The position numbers and the translations under genes are program-made. Below the pieces are notes generated by a model, which did not search any database, was not told where the DNA came from, and worked only from the letters and a program-made list of their open reading frames with translations. Shown piece after piece: positions 13,613 through 25,900 of a stretch of DNA of 64,000 bases. Position 1 is the stretch's first letter; every line of letters begins with the position of its first letter. The stretch lies in contig NEEC01000012.1 in the NCBI GenBank assembly GCA_002189035.1, positions 1,550,001-1,614,000 of the forward strand, read 5' to 3'. Source of the DNA: Utricularia gibba (Eukaryota; Plantae; Magnoliophyta).

Positions 13613-14750
13613 GTGTTTAGTTTGTTGAAATCAAAGTCTACAAGTGAAACAAGAGAAGACTTTGAGTGGGGAGAATTCTCACCCCCTACAATGGCAGGAC
13701 AGTGGTTTGTCAATATCCAAAATGCCATTCTTTCGTCTGAAAATTCCACTATTGTGAACGATGGTGTATCGAAACAAAAGACGAAGGATTGCAAGAAGAA
13801 GAAGCGTCTTCCTGGTTTTTGTAAGTATGAAATTCTTAGTGATTATAATTTTAAAGAAGTGTTACGTCATATTAAAGGTGAGATTCCAGAAGAGCGATTG
13901 AACATTTTTGATTTCATTGACCCTCTATATTTCAATGAATGGATTGGTAATGAGGATAGAGTTTGTAGAATATTTCCCCATCGACTAGCCTTCCTTACTT
14001 GTCCATACGTGATGTGGCATATTGTTTATCGATAAGCTACACTTTGTTTTATATTTGAATATTATATACAATGCGTTTAACTTGTTATGTTCTACAACTA
14101 GAGGTCATTGAGTGGTGACGGTATGCTGTAACTTTGGAAATGCTCGCAATAGAATGATCCTTGTCTTAGATTCTTTGGGTGCAGGAGATGCATTATGTCC
14201 AACGGAAGAAGATTTGTATAGGTACTAAAAATGATTATATTACATTAATCAATAAATTAGCTATGACTAAATCACTACTTTACTTGTGTAGGTGTATGAA
14301 ATACATACTAGGATATGCGGCACCTTCTTTCGATATTAATGAGTTGGATTCTGTGCCTATTCGCTTTCCTGAGGTACACACAATGCAACTCAATAAATAG
14401 CATAATACAAACACTTATAACAAATTGAGTTTTAAAATTATTCTTTTTATAGGTTCCACTACAAATTGGACCAACTGAATGTGGATTATATGCTTTATAT
14501 TCGGTGAGGCTCCTCATGCAGAATGCACCACCAATTTTCTTTCCTTCTAAGTATTCATCATTTGTAAACCTCTAACCATTCAAATTTGTTAAATACAATA
14601 AATGGAATACTACTAACTTTGGTCATTTTGTAGCTTACAAGAAGTTGGAATACGAGTTATGATGTATTATAGTTCGCTCCAACATGTGGATTGCCAAATG
14701 TGATGATGGGTGGACGTTGGCGATTCCCCTGAAATCAAATACATATAGCA
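13613..14750 (+). pseudogene. Ulp1-like (C48) peptidase remnant associated with the MULE
   Basis: Exonic pieces read FDFIDPLYF, GH*VVTV (the HW motif, with TGG changed to TGA), VLDSL and PLQIGPTECG (Q..x..CG catalytic Cys). The gene lies directly downstream of the transposase on the same strand. Confidence 0.6.
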
Positions 14751-15398
14751 TGTAGGGATGAACTGATTAGTTTGATATAGGTGATTCCCAAACTTCAATA
14801 GCTATATTGATGTTCTTTTGATTAGCATACTTATCATTTAGTTTAATTTGATGGATAACATGATATTTAAATATTTCGATGATTCCAAAAAATGTTTAAT
14901 TATCTAATATTTAGTTTTCATTTTATCTAAATCAATAGGAATATTTAATTAATGTTATGTATCATTTTATAAAAAATTGATTAATCAACTTAAAATACAC
15001 TAAGTTTATTATGATAGATTCAAATTATTAAATGTTGGAATAGATATTTACAATTATATTATTTATAAAATTAATATATTTTTTATATTTTTTTTAATTA
15101 TTAGAAAAAGTTTTCGGATATTGTTGTAAATTTTAAAAAACTTATAAATATGAATATAATATAATAGTAATCACACCGACCAAAAGTATAATATAATAGT
15201 AATGTACGTGCTAACGACCAAAAGTATGGAAACAAATCGAAGGTAAAATAGACATGAAACACAGCGAAGGCAGAGTCAAACACCATACGACCAAATGAAG
15301 CTGATAGAGAGACCCGTGCGTCGCAAGGAACAAATTCAAGGTGTAAATACCTATACCCAGAGGGAAGATGGTGCCCTTGGCTGTAGTAATCTTCAGCT

Positions 15399-16263
15399 TC
15401 ACGCGACACTAGAACTTGCCTCCATCTCCAGGGAGCAGCCACACAACTTTCTCCTCAAGTCAACCACCCACCTTCCTCTACATTTGCAGATGAGAACAGA
15501 AACAAAAATAGACCCTACTACTCCAACTCCGATGATGAGAAATCGTAGGATCACACCCAACCCCTTGCCACGGTTCCCGCGAGGGATTTCACTTGGATCG
15601 AATTCCGAATCAAAGTACCAGCTGTGAACTGAGAGGTGGGCCATCGTGCTCCCCGCAGTAAGCCCCACGAACGCCGATTCGCTTTGATAGAAGTTGCCGA
15701 GGGAAATCTTTGTCGATATAAAAGCTTCCTGAGGCTTAGAAGTTGCGTAACTCAGTACACATTCAATTCTCCGGTGGAGCCGAAGTATTCGATCCAGGTG
15801 TTGGTCGGCAACCCACTCTGCTGATCAACTCCGATGATGCTTAGGTCCCTTCCAAAGGAGGCTGCGGAGGACATGGAACCAAGATTAAGCCATACGCAAT
15901 TACTGTTCAAGAGGTTATCCATTAAGCTGCCGAATTCCACGGCCATCAATCCGATCCCCCGGCTGGAGAGTTGGCAATCAGACGAAAGGACGAAAGCAAC
16001 ACCGCCAGGGCTGGAGCTGTTGTTGTCGAATGAGAATGAAAAGGCTGTGATAAAGCTCTTGAACCCACCGCTTGGACGACGTTCGATGGGGTCGCAGTAA
16101 GCATCTCCCCGGTACCGGAAAAAAGTGCGTCGCCGTCGCTGATATTGGCGCCCTCAAGGAGCTTCATACACTCGCCAAACTCGAATCCGATCGTAGGAAA
16201 ACTCGTCAGCATAAACGTGAAGATCGGAATCGACAATGCTTTGAACGCCATTGTACTGCTCAA
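15399..16263 (-). pseudogene. L-type lectin receptor-like protein (lectin+TM, no kinase), copy 1, two -1 frameshifts
   Basis: Aligns end to end with the intact copy at 19930-20889. It has 1-bp losses near 16100 (ATGCTTACT vs ATACTTTACT) and near 15755 (GTGTACTGAGT vs GTGTCTGTAAGC). The 3' UTRs are also homologous. Confidence 0.8.
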
Positions 16264-17689
16264 TCAGATGGAAAGCACTGAAGCATTAGTCCCATTTATA
16301 AGAGGGCTGATACCCAGGCGTGTTCATACCTTCAGAATTAGAAAATTCCGACGTGAGACTAACTCATTCTTCTAGAGTCCGGTCATTTCCTTCATTATAA
16401 TATATATATAATAATTATAAACTTTTATTAAAATGAACTGATAATAATACTATTAAGTTTTATATATAACTCGAATTTCATAAATTCTAATTTTTCAAAA
16501 ATGCATATTTTGTGATACTTATTTATATTGATGTATTATAGAATATATCATAAAATGTTTATTAAATAGAATAGAAAATCATAAAAAATATTCCTTTCTT
16601 GCTTCTTTTAATTAAAGAACGACCAATTTTTGTAATCAAACAAAATATGCTCTTTTCACATATATACGTGAGACTGTGTTTATTTATGTAATATAACCAT
16701 CACCATGTTGTATTTATAGCTCCCATCACAGTGTTTAATGTGCATATTTTTGTAAGTCCCAATATAAAATTAAACAATTTTATCAGTTAATTTTATTTAT
16801 TCATTTCATTTTGGAATTATATTTGAATTTTTTTAATAATTTGATTTTTTTATCATTCAAAATCAAATGGTTTTCTTTAACCGTCGATTCAATGTTTTAG
16901 AAAGTCTTCGCCATCACATGGATGACTGCATCTCTGAGCAGTCAACATACGCATCCTCTTAGGGTACGCAAATCATGTCTGTTTTCCAGGTCCACAACAT
17001 GCATATGGGGCTGTAAATGTCACATGTCACCCTAATAATACATGTTACGCGTACTTTATAATTATATTATTAATGATCATGATAACATGTAAACCTTGTT
17101 TGATATGAAAGATGAAAGTATAAGATTGATTTATGATAGTTTTAATAAAGTATTATCGCTTTGAAAGTAGTTGCTTAGGGAAGGATATAAAGGTTCCCTT
17201 GGGCTTGGAGGTTGTGTCAAGGTAACTCACTGACACACCAGGCAATGGTGGGGCCACGGTCATCAAACAACAATTTTATAATCCATTAGTTGAATAATGC
17301 ATGTTTTAAAATCATTTATCAAACAGTATTTTAATGAATTCTTTCAAATCAAACGATATATATTAATTTTTTTATTGATTTTAAAGATATATAAAAATAT
17401 ATATTAATTAATACATATGTTTTAATTAAATCAATATATATTTTTTAATCAGAAAAAGTTCATAAAAATATTATTTAATAAATACTTTTCAAATATGTAA
17501 TATTCAACGAATTAATTTTTTTATTATTTGACTAATTTACTCCTATGAATAGACCATGCCCAATTTCTCTGTTCGCAAGACTTTTTTCATCGTGCTGGCC
17601 AATTTGTCTGTTAGCATTATTAAAATGACTGCTGATGTATTATTGGTATTGTCAAACTAGGTGACATTAATGCCCGGTCCTACTGAGAG

Positions 17690-19650
17690 AGAATCATGCC
17701 CGACCCCACAGCCAGATGGATCACCGACTTTTCAAATCTGGCTATCCATTGACATTCGTGGAGGATCAGGATACACCATTCCTGGAACTCGACACTTCTG
17801 CCCCTACACGACATTTTCAATTTCGGGTTTCACCTATTCTGAAAAGCAGCCATCCGTACCCCACAAGCCAGGTGGTTTTTTATAACTCTAAAATAATAAG
17901 TAAATTATAGAACAAATAATTACTCTATTCAAAATGTTCCAAATAATTCAAATAATACATAAAGATAGATTGATAATATAAATTTAAACTAAAAAAATAT
18001 ATAATCAATCTAAATAACACCTTAAGATCGATTGATAATATATATTTAAAATAAAAAACATTAGATCTATCCATATACCAAAATAATCAACCCCTAGTCT
18101 ATACATCTAGCATGCAGTCACGCCTCTTACTGCCTAGCATCCCTCACCACCATATGGTAATTCTATGGTGCATGCCAACATGAAGCTTAATTGAACAATA
18201 TTTGTTCAATGATTATTGTAGCTTAATTGAACATGCATTAGTTTATAAACTACATGGTTATTGATTCCTGAAATTCATAACACAAAATAGCTATATTTTA
18301 TTATGGTTTAGATTAGATAAATATGATTTTTCATGTTTTATTGGTGTTTATGTTAATCTTAGGGGATTATGTTAAAAATTGGACTAAATCCTTTGATTTA
18401 GTCCACAATTTATGTTACTAATGTTTCAGTAAGTTTAGTAGAGAGATGAACCGAAAATCAAACTTGCAAGCGTGTAAAACAAGCAAAAAATGGTGCAAAA
18501 TCCGGAGAAGGATAAAGAACATTGTTCTGCCACCATCGCAGTTTGCAAGTTCAGGCCAGAAGCAGTATTGGAGATCAGAAACAGTATTGGCATTAATGCA
18601 CAATGCAATGAAATGAAACAAAAGGGAAAATTATTTCGAAAGGAGGGAGAACATGGCTGAGAGAGGCGAACAGAAGGGGATGTAAGGGATTTTCTTCCCC
18701 AACGGGGAAAAACACCAACCAGAAGGGGGAAGGGAGGCCTCCATCATCAAGAACAACACCAGAGCCCAGTCCAGCGCTACTGTTCCGAGCTGTGAATAGT
18801 AGCTAGCGGGCGAAAAAACATTTTTTATTTACTTTCCGTTTTCTGAACATTTCAAGTTTCTGCGTTTGACTTATTTACAATGTTCCTGCTATTTTGGCAA
18901 CTTATATGAATGAAATCGTGTTTTATTTCCCAAGCATAAGTGGCTAGAATCTTAGGAATGCCTTAATGAGAAGTGGGTGGTATGTATTTAAGTTGATGAT
19001 GAAATTTCGTTGTTTTCCTTAACTCTTGTTTCTAACAAACTATGGGTAGACCTAAGAAGGGAAACAAGTAGTTTCACAACTCGGATACTTGGTTTAGAGG
19101 TAGATCAACAAACCAAAACGGGTGCAGTTGATGTTAGTTCATGGTAGAACCAGTAGAACCAAGTAGACTTAGTTCTATATACTTTGCATGCAGGTAGACC
19201 TAATTGCAAGGTTGGTTATGATATTGAGGACTAATTTACCCAAAAATATGATGAATAACATGGGTAAACTTAAGTTATTTAATGTTGTAAGTGTAGAGAT
19301 ATGGTAAATTAAGTTAGAAATCGTAGCATAACACTACCTACAGATCCTTAAGGCGTTTTCGTAGTAGTTTGAGTCAAAATCAGTACCTGTTACCTTAACG
19401 TCAAGTCCATAGAGCCACTTCAAAGCTCGTTCGGTAAGACTGAAAGGAAACACTCTAAGTTTGACTTGATGCCACCAGCAGAACAATTATGGAAATAAAC
19501 CAAGCTAAAATACAAGGTATCACATCAAGCGCAAGTTAGAGTGCAACTCCGATCTCTAAAATCCACACGGGTTTTCGATTATTTCTCCATCGTAAGTTCA
19601 CCTCTAATCGATACACACTAAATCTTCCTAGTGTCCCCATGCGAGACACC
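17690..19650. mobile_element. Ty3/gypsy LTR-like remnants between the two lectin genes
   Basis: Non-coding, LTR-like composition, with a TCATGCCCGACCCC start-like motif. The 17880-18420 part recurs in inverted orientation at ~27440-28940. Boundaries and TSD are not resolved. Confidence 0.4.
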
Positions 19651-19929
19651 ATCTGTGGGGCAGATTATTCATTTAGAGAGCTATGCTACACATCTACAGA
19701 TCTGACATGTTGAACCCCAGTGGCAGAGCGATGAGAACATGTGTAATAGATATAAACTTGCAGTAGAAATACCATCACGGCACACTCTAACATAGAACAA
19801 AACCCATACGACTAAACGAAGGTGAATAGAGAGTCGGGAGGACAGCAAAACTTTCAAGGTGTAAATACGCATACGCAAAGGGAAATCGGTGCACTTGACT
19901 GGCAAACTGCAGCTGCAACTGGAATCGCT

Positions 19930-21015
19930 TCACCCGACACTGGCACTTGCCTCCATGTCCACGGAGCAGCCACAGAATTTTCTCCTCAGGTCAACCACAC
20001 AATATCCCTTACATTTGCAGATGCAAACAAGACCAATAAAGCCTAAGCCTACTGCAACAACAGCTCGAAGGATGCTGCCTATGATTACACCGAACAACTT
20101 GTCGCGCTTACCACGGGGGATTTCAGTGGGATTAAATTCTGCCAAATTCATAGAATTATCGGGAGCTGCGCGTGGTTGTTGATTGGCATTGGGACCTAGT
20201 GAGTAAAAGCTCCAGCTGTAGACTCTGAGGTGGGCCGCTGTACTACTACTACGCATGTATCCTGCAATTCCCACGTACGCCGAGTCTTTTTGAATGTATT
20301 TTCCGAGCGAAAACTTTGCCGATATAAAAGCTTCCTTTGGCTTCGAGGTTGCGTAGCTTACAGACACATTCAATTCTGCGGTGGAGTCGGAGTATTCTAT
20401 CCAGGTGTTGATCGGAGACCCGCTCTTCAGATCAATTCCGACGAGACCTAAGTCCCTTGCCACGGAGGATGCGGATGACGCGGAGCCAAGATTAATCTGT
20501 GCCTCATTAACGTTGACGTGGTTATCCGTTACGCAGCCGTACTCTACAGCCACCACTCCCATCCCAAAGTCGATGCTGGAGAGTTGGCTATCGGACGAGA
20601 CCACGAAAGCAACACCGCCGCAGCTCGAGTCCTGGCTGTTCAATGAGAATGAGAAGGCTGTGATAAAGCTTTTAAACCCACCGTTTTGACTGCGTTCAAT
20701 CTGCTCGCAGTAAAGTATCTTCCCTTCCGCGGAAGAAACTGCGCTGACTCCATTGTTGATGATAATGTCTCCGTCGCTGAGATGGGCATCCCCAACAAGC
20801 TTCATACACTTCCCAAACTCGAATCCAATCGTAGGAAAACCCGCCTGCATAAACGTAAAGATCAGAATCGGCAATCCTTTGAACGCCATTAGCTCAATGA
20901 GATGCATGATGCTGAACCAGGAGGTCTGTATATAATAAAAAAGGTGAGACAAGTTGAAAGAAAGTCCATCTCTCTCCGCGTTAATGAGGCCAGAAATGAA
21001 TCTCATTTCTTTCAC
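19930..21015 (-). CDS. L-type lectin receptor-like protein (signal peptide, legume lectin domain, TM helix, short Cys-rich tail, no kinase), intact copy 2
   Basis: Uninterrupted ORF with a likely start at 20907 or 20889 (MAFKGLPILIFTF). Lectin motifs are FSFSL, GGVAFVVS, VAVEY, DLKSGSPINTWIEY, LNVSVSY, YVG and SWSF. The TM segment is FGVIIGSILRAVVAVGLGFIGLVCI. Confidence 0.8.
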   Translation of the reverse strand: MKEMRFISGLINAERDGLSFNLSHLFYYIQTSWFSIMHLIELMAFKGLPILIFTFMQAGFPTIGFEFGKCMKLVGDAHLSDGDIIINNGVSAVSSAEGKILYCEQIERSQNGGFKSFITAFSFSLNSQDSSCGGVAFVVSSDSQLSSIDFGMGVVAVEYGCVTDNHVNVNEAQINLGSASSASSVARDLGLVGIDLKSGSPINTWIEYSDSTAELNVSVSYATSKPKEAFISAKFSLGKYIQKDSAYVGIAGYMRSSSTAAHLRVYSWSFYSLGPNANQQPRAAPDNSMNLAEFNPTEIPRGKRDKLFGVIIGSILRAVVAVGLGFIGLVCICKCKGYCVVDLRRKFCGCSVDMEASASVG

Positions 21016-21076
21016 GGGTCGGGGTCAATTTGAAGAATGGCCATCTCTCTCCTCCTAAAGGTACGAACACCAGGAG

Positions 21077-21480
21077 GTGGGCGACCTAGCGGGAGCAGGG
21101 TTGAGTGTGAACTCGGGGGAATCAGTGATCAATACAGACTTGATAATGATAGATATGGTACAGTTCGTCGTCATACTCGGGATGGACTGGTTGAGTGCGC
21201 CGGCCGCACGCATCAGATGTGGTACGAAGACCATCGATTGGCAAGACGAACAATGGGAGTATGATGCGCGCACCGGCATACGCCGAGATGGGGAACTAAC
21301 ATCCACGAGGACCACATATGGCCTACGCCACCTCGACACGACAGGCACCAACGAACGAATCAAAGATTTATAGGAAGAGTATGGGGACGTATTTCCCAAC
21401 GAGGTGCCAGGTATGCCCCACCCGTGAGAACACGCTTGGGCAGCTTACGAGAAAGTCGTTGGTCGCAAGGTGAAGGGCAT
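21077..21480 (+). mobile_element. Ty3/gypsy aspartic protease (RVP_2)/RT-start fragment
   Basis: DLIMIDMVQFVVILGMDWLS...RIRCGTKTI and EEYGDVFPNEVPGMP are typical chromovirus-type pol motifs, with stops. Confidence 0.7.
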
Positions 21481-22399
21481 AGAGCTTGGTAATGGAGCTG
21501 CGTGAGCCGCTGGCAGAAATGGACCGGGGGTGGGGGGCGGGTGGCGAGGGAGGTTGAAGATGGGAACCACCATGATTCCCACTTTTGCTTTTAGTATTTT
21601 AGTTTTCGGTGTTATGGCGATGAGGCTAGAACCACCGTCCCTACTTCGCCCGCCTCCCCAACAGTGCTGCCCTCCTATATTTGACTATCCGAGGAGAGTA
21701 GAGAGAGGGCCATTCTTCAAATTGATCAGTGAAAGAAATGAGATTCACTTCTGGCCTCACTATGTCGTTCCGACCACATTGTCCAATGGATGGTTTGATT
21801 AGGACAGTATATTCATGAGGTGGTTCATCAAACTTATTAGAACAAACATTATCACATAAATGAAATTAAGATACTTGAGTATATACAAGATTATAAATCA
21901 ATAATAATAAATTTGATTTAATTTCTTTTAATGTAATTTATATTTATTATGTTTACAAAATATGATTCCGCAACACCACAAGCACACCCGCCTTTCTTGT
22001 TACCTTCACCTTATCTCACTCACACTAAGTAAAAATTTCAACATTAAGAGTGATCACTTTTCTAACACAGTACGAATGCAATGACCAGATTTCCAAATCA
22101 CCACGACACAATAATAGGGTTGGAGGATGCCGAGTAGATTTATGTTTGGAATTTGAAAAAATATAATAAAAACAGTTTTTATTATCAAATATGACAAAAA
22201 AAAGTTTAGAAATATTTTGATTTTATTTAAAATCATAAAAATGACTTCAGAGCATTAGTTAGTGAACTTTGGCACTTAATTGCATGCTGCAATTATTAAT
22301 TAATCAGCATCATATTCTTGCTTTATTCAACGCATGCCTCCTTTAGTCAATAATAAAATTATTTATATATTTGCAATCTTGGAAAAATCCAATATATTC

Positions 22400-22630
22400 C
22401 TCATTTTTAGACGACTTCACGCGGACTCCTAGGGCCTCTAGTCAATTCACCTTATGCGGACTAGTCAATGGTGGGAATTATTGGACCGTATGAATCCTCA
22501 ATGGCAATGATGAAGTCTAAATCCACATCACTGTCTATCTCAGTCAACTCAGTCACCCAAGTCAACCATGCATGGGTGACATTAATACCCGTCCTTGTGA
22601 CATTAATGCCAACTCGTGATATTAATTCAT
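22400..22630 (-). mobile_element. Possible MULE-associated protein fragment with GINVT repeats
   Basis: GINVTRTGINVT repeats and a C-terminal GELTRGPRSPREVV-like motif recalled from MULE accessory proteins. It abuts the 14-3-3 pseudogene. Confidence 0.3.
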
Positions 22631-22631
22631 G

Positions 22632-22950
22632 TTTGGATCGACTTGTTGTGTTGTAGCTTGTGTATTTCGCACTGCGAGAAGTTAAACTCATCTTTGTGTA
22701 GTTTTTTTTTTCTTTTTGTCTGAACACGAAGGATATATTATTGGGTCAAAAATAGCATAATTTCTATGTTTCTCCAGCCATAGCACTGTAGCTATCAGCT
22801 GCTTTTACTTCAGGGTGTACGGATCTAATTTGTTTTTCAATGTAGAGTTCACAAGGTTATTTCAGCTAACTCTGTGCTTTCTTAACTCTTTTTTTTTCGG
22901 GGTATGTGTTCTTTCTTGGATTAGCTGAAGAGAAGTATGCAGCAGCTTTT
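22632..22950 (+). pseudogene. 14-3-3 pseudo-copy, piece A (intron 1 sequence)
   Basis: Matches the reverse complement of ~52085-52350, e.g. TAGCTTGTGTATTTCGCACTGCGAGAAGT, GAAGGATATATTATTGGG and CTGAAGAGAAGTATGCAG. Confidence 0.85.
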
Positions 22951-22954
22951 AATT

Positions 22955-25900
22955 AATTTCTACTAACATATATAAATAATATAATATAATTATTTTTAAC
23001 TTTTAAAATATAAATGATTATATTTTTAAAATTTATTCAATGTTCAATACATTTATAAGGAATAAATTTATTTTGTACAAAAAAATAAAAATATTTATTG
23101 ATCATTTAGTATAATCTAAGGAATAATGGATGAGCTGAAAAATTACACTCGTGATTAGTTTTTATTTAGTAACATACCTTTATTTCATATTTCATTTGCA
23201 AATTAGTTATCTTAGATTATTTTATTTCTAAATTACCTTATCTTTTCAGTTTTTAAAATATTTTATTATACATATAATTTAAAGATTGTTTTTAAATATA
23301 ATAAGATATTTCTATTCTAACATATTTTCATTAACAAAGAAAATCGATTTTCCTTTATTAATAATTTTCTATTTAATATATCTATTATATATGAAACATA
23401 TAAAATTAAATATTTTTAAAAAATTCGAAATAAAAAAAATTTTTAATTTTTTTTTATTTACAATGGAATTTGATTATTTTTTTAAAATGAATAAATAAAA
23501 TCTAAAAAATTATATACAACATATTTAAAAACTAAATCATTTCACTTAATTTGTAAATTTTACTTCATAACAAAAATGATTATTATTATTGGTGATTAAA
23601 AATATATAACATATTTACAAATATCCACAATCGTTATTATCATTTATAATTTATAATTTTCATATAATAAATTAAATTTTAATGAACATAAGCATAAGTG
23701 CTTATAAAGAAAAAAAAGATTCATTATAAAATTTAAATATTTCGAGTTATAATATGATAAATAAAATATATTATCAATTTTGATTTAACACGTGATTTTA
23801 ATTATTTTTCATAATCAAAATTAAATATGAATAAATTATGTTTTACTTCAATTTTAAGTAAAAAATAGATAATTTGATATAACAATAAGTTATAATCATA
23901 AATAAATTAAAATAATGAAAAGAAAATTAATTCGAATATGAAACATGATTTTAACATAAAGTATAAATGATGTAATACGAATAATAGTATTCAAAAGATC
24001 AAAATTAATATCTAGTTTTTTAAAAAAAACAACAACAATCAATATATATAGCGTTCAATAATACATTTATAAATTTGGCAATGTGGATCAATCTCATCAA
24101 TTGGCTTTTGACCGAACTGGAATTCGCTACGTAACTTCCTACATCATTCGCATCTATAACATCCTGAAAGAACAAATAGAAGACATTGTAGGGCACATGC
24201 AAATTGTATGTATATTCAGTGCAATCCCATGATATAGGAAATATTGCATTGTTAACCTACAAAAATTGTATTAGAGAGATTTATAGAAAAAAATCAAGAA
24301 TAAAGAAAATTAATAAATAATTTAAAATTAGTAATCGAGTTTAAAATCGATTTATATGGAAAGTAATCCACTAGCAATGTGTTGGTAGAGTTGTATTTGA
24401 CTTCAAATACTTCATTCTCCCAAATAGAAAGTTTTTAAGTTCATGGTATCAAATGCGTTGTCGATCCACCTCTCGAAATTGATTATACAATTGGTTTAAT
24501 ACCATAAAAAAACCAAATTGTCCTTAGATATTATCTCCAAGAATGTATGCTACCAATGGTTTGAATATATTACTGTCATAAAAAATACAAAATAAATCAA
24601 TTTACTTTTATAATACAATATTTGAAAACAACTAATATTCTTTTTGATGACCATATTTTTACATCAAAATTTACCTACACCACTCTAAAAAAGATTAAAA
24701 TATGGTCGTAAATACATTGAAAACAAAAATGATTAATCTTAGATGTAATTTAAAAAAATGAAATAAGTAAATATATTAACATTCTCATCCTTTAATTATA
24801 ATAGGAGGCGTAAGACCTCGTGTATTTTTATAATATATGAAATCAGCTAAGTTGTACAATCAACCTTCCAACTCATTCTTCGCATTTAAGAACTGTACTA
24901 GTCAATCTTTCTATCTCTAATTGTACCTTCAATAACTCTAATTGTAATCTTTGTAGTTACATATAAAATAGAAAATATGAGAAAAAAATATGTAATTTGT
25001 ATAAATCATTTAAAAATAAGTAACATATCATCTTGGGTAAGGCATCAACATGTGATAAAAATGAAGTATCCTAAGACTACGTAATGTCTCGTGACACATT
25101 TTAAACATTTGAATTTCCAAAGATTATTGTCGTCGAGATACACTACTTTTAGTACCATACCAAATACGTCTAGTATTTCAAATACCCATAAATGGTGGCT
25201 TAACTATTGACCATTTCAATTGTCTACTCTAAACCCTAAACTAATCAAGGAAACTTTTTATATTTCATCTAACTAATTGATAATTTCATAAAAATAAATA
25301 TGGTAAATTTAACTAATAAAAATCAATAAAAATATAAAAAATTAACCAAAATTTTTAAAAAAATACTATAATCAATTAAAACATACCTTCAATAATTCTG
25401 ATCGAATCCAGGTCTTCAATTATTCCTTTAGGGATTTTAATTGATGGTATTATTTATATGAAACTCATCCACCATACATCATAAGTGTTAAGTGTCATTT
25501 TCTAGTTATTTATTAAATATTGTTATTTATTAATCTAGTGTTAAGTTATCCAATTTAAGATGTATATTAATAAATATTATATTTCCTTAGAAAACTCATA
25601 TTTTTCTATTTTGTATATATTTTTTGTCTTTTTTTGTGCACTTTGAGTGAGACATGTTAGGAGACTGTCGTAGAGTGTTGCAGTAGGTCAAATTCTGGCT
25701 TTTCATGCCTTGTACGCGACTTAGAATAACTGTGGACGGAAGACTGACACTGGTTAAGGCCCCTGACTTACGGCATGTCAGAGTTTGCAGAAATGATTGG
25801 GCTCTAACTTGCACGCATAGGAAAGTTGGTAACGCATGCAAGACAGAAGGAATGATGGGAAGAGGATCATAAAGAGTTAATGTACGTGGAGAGTGATATA

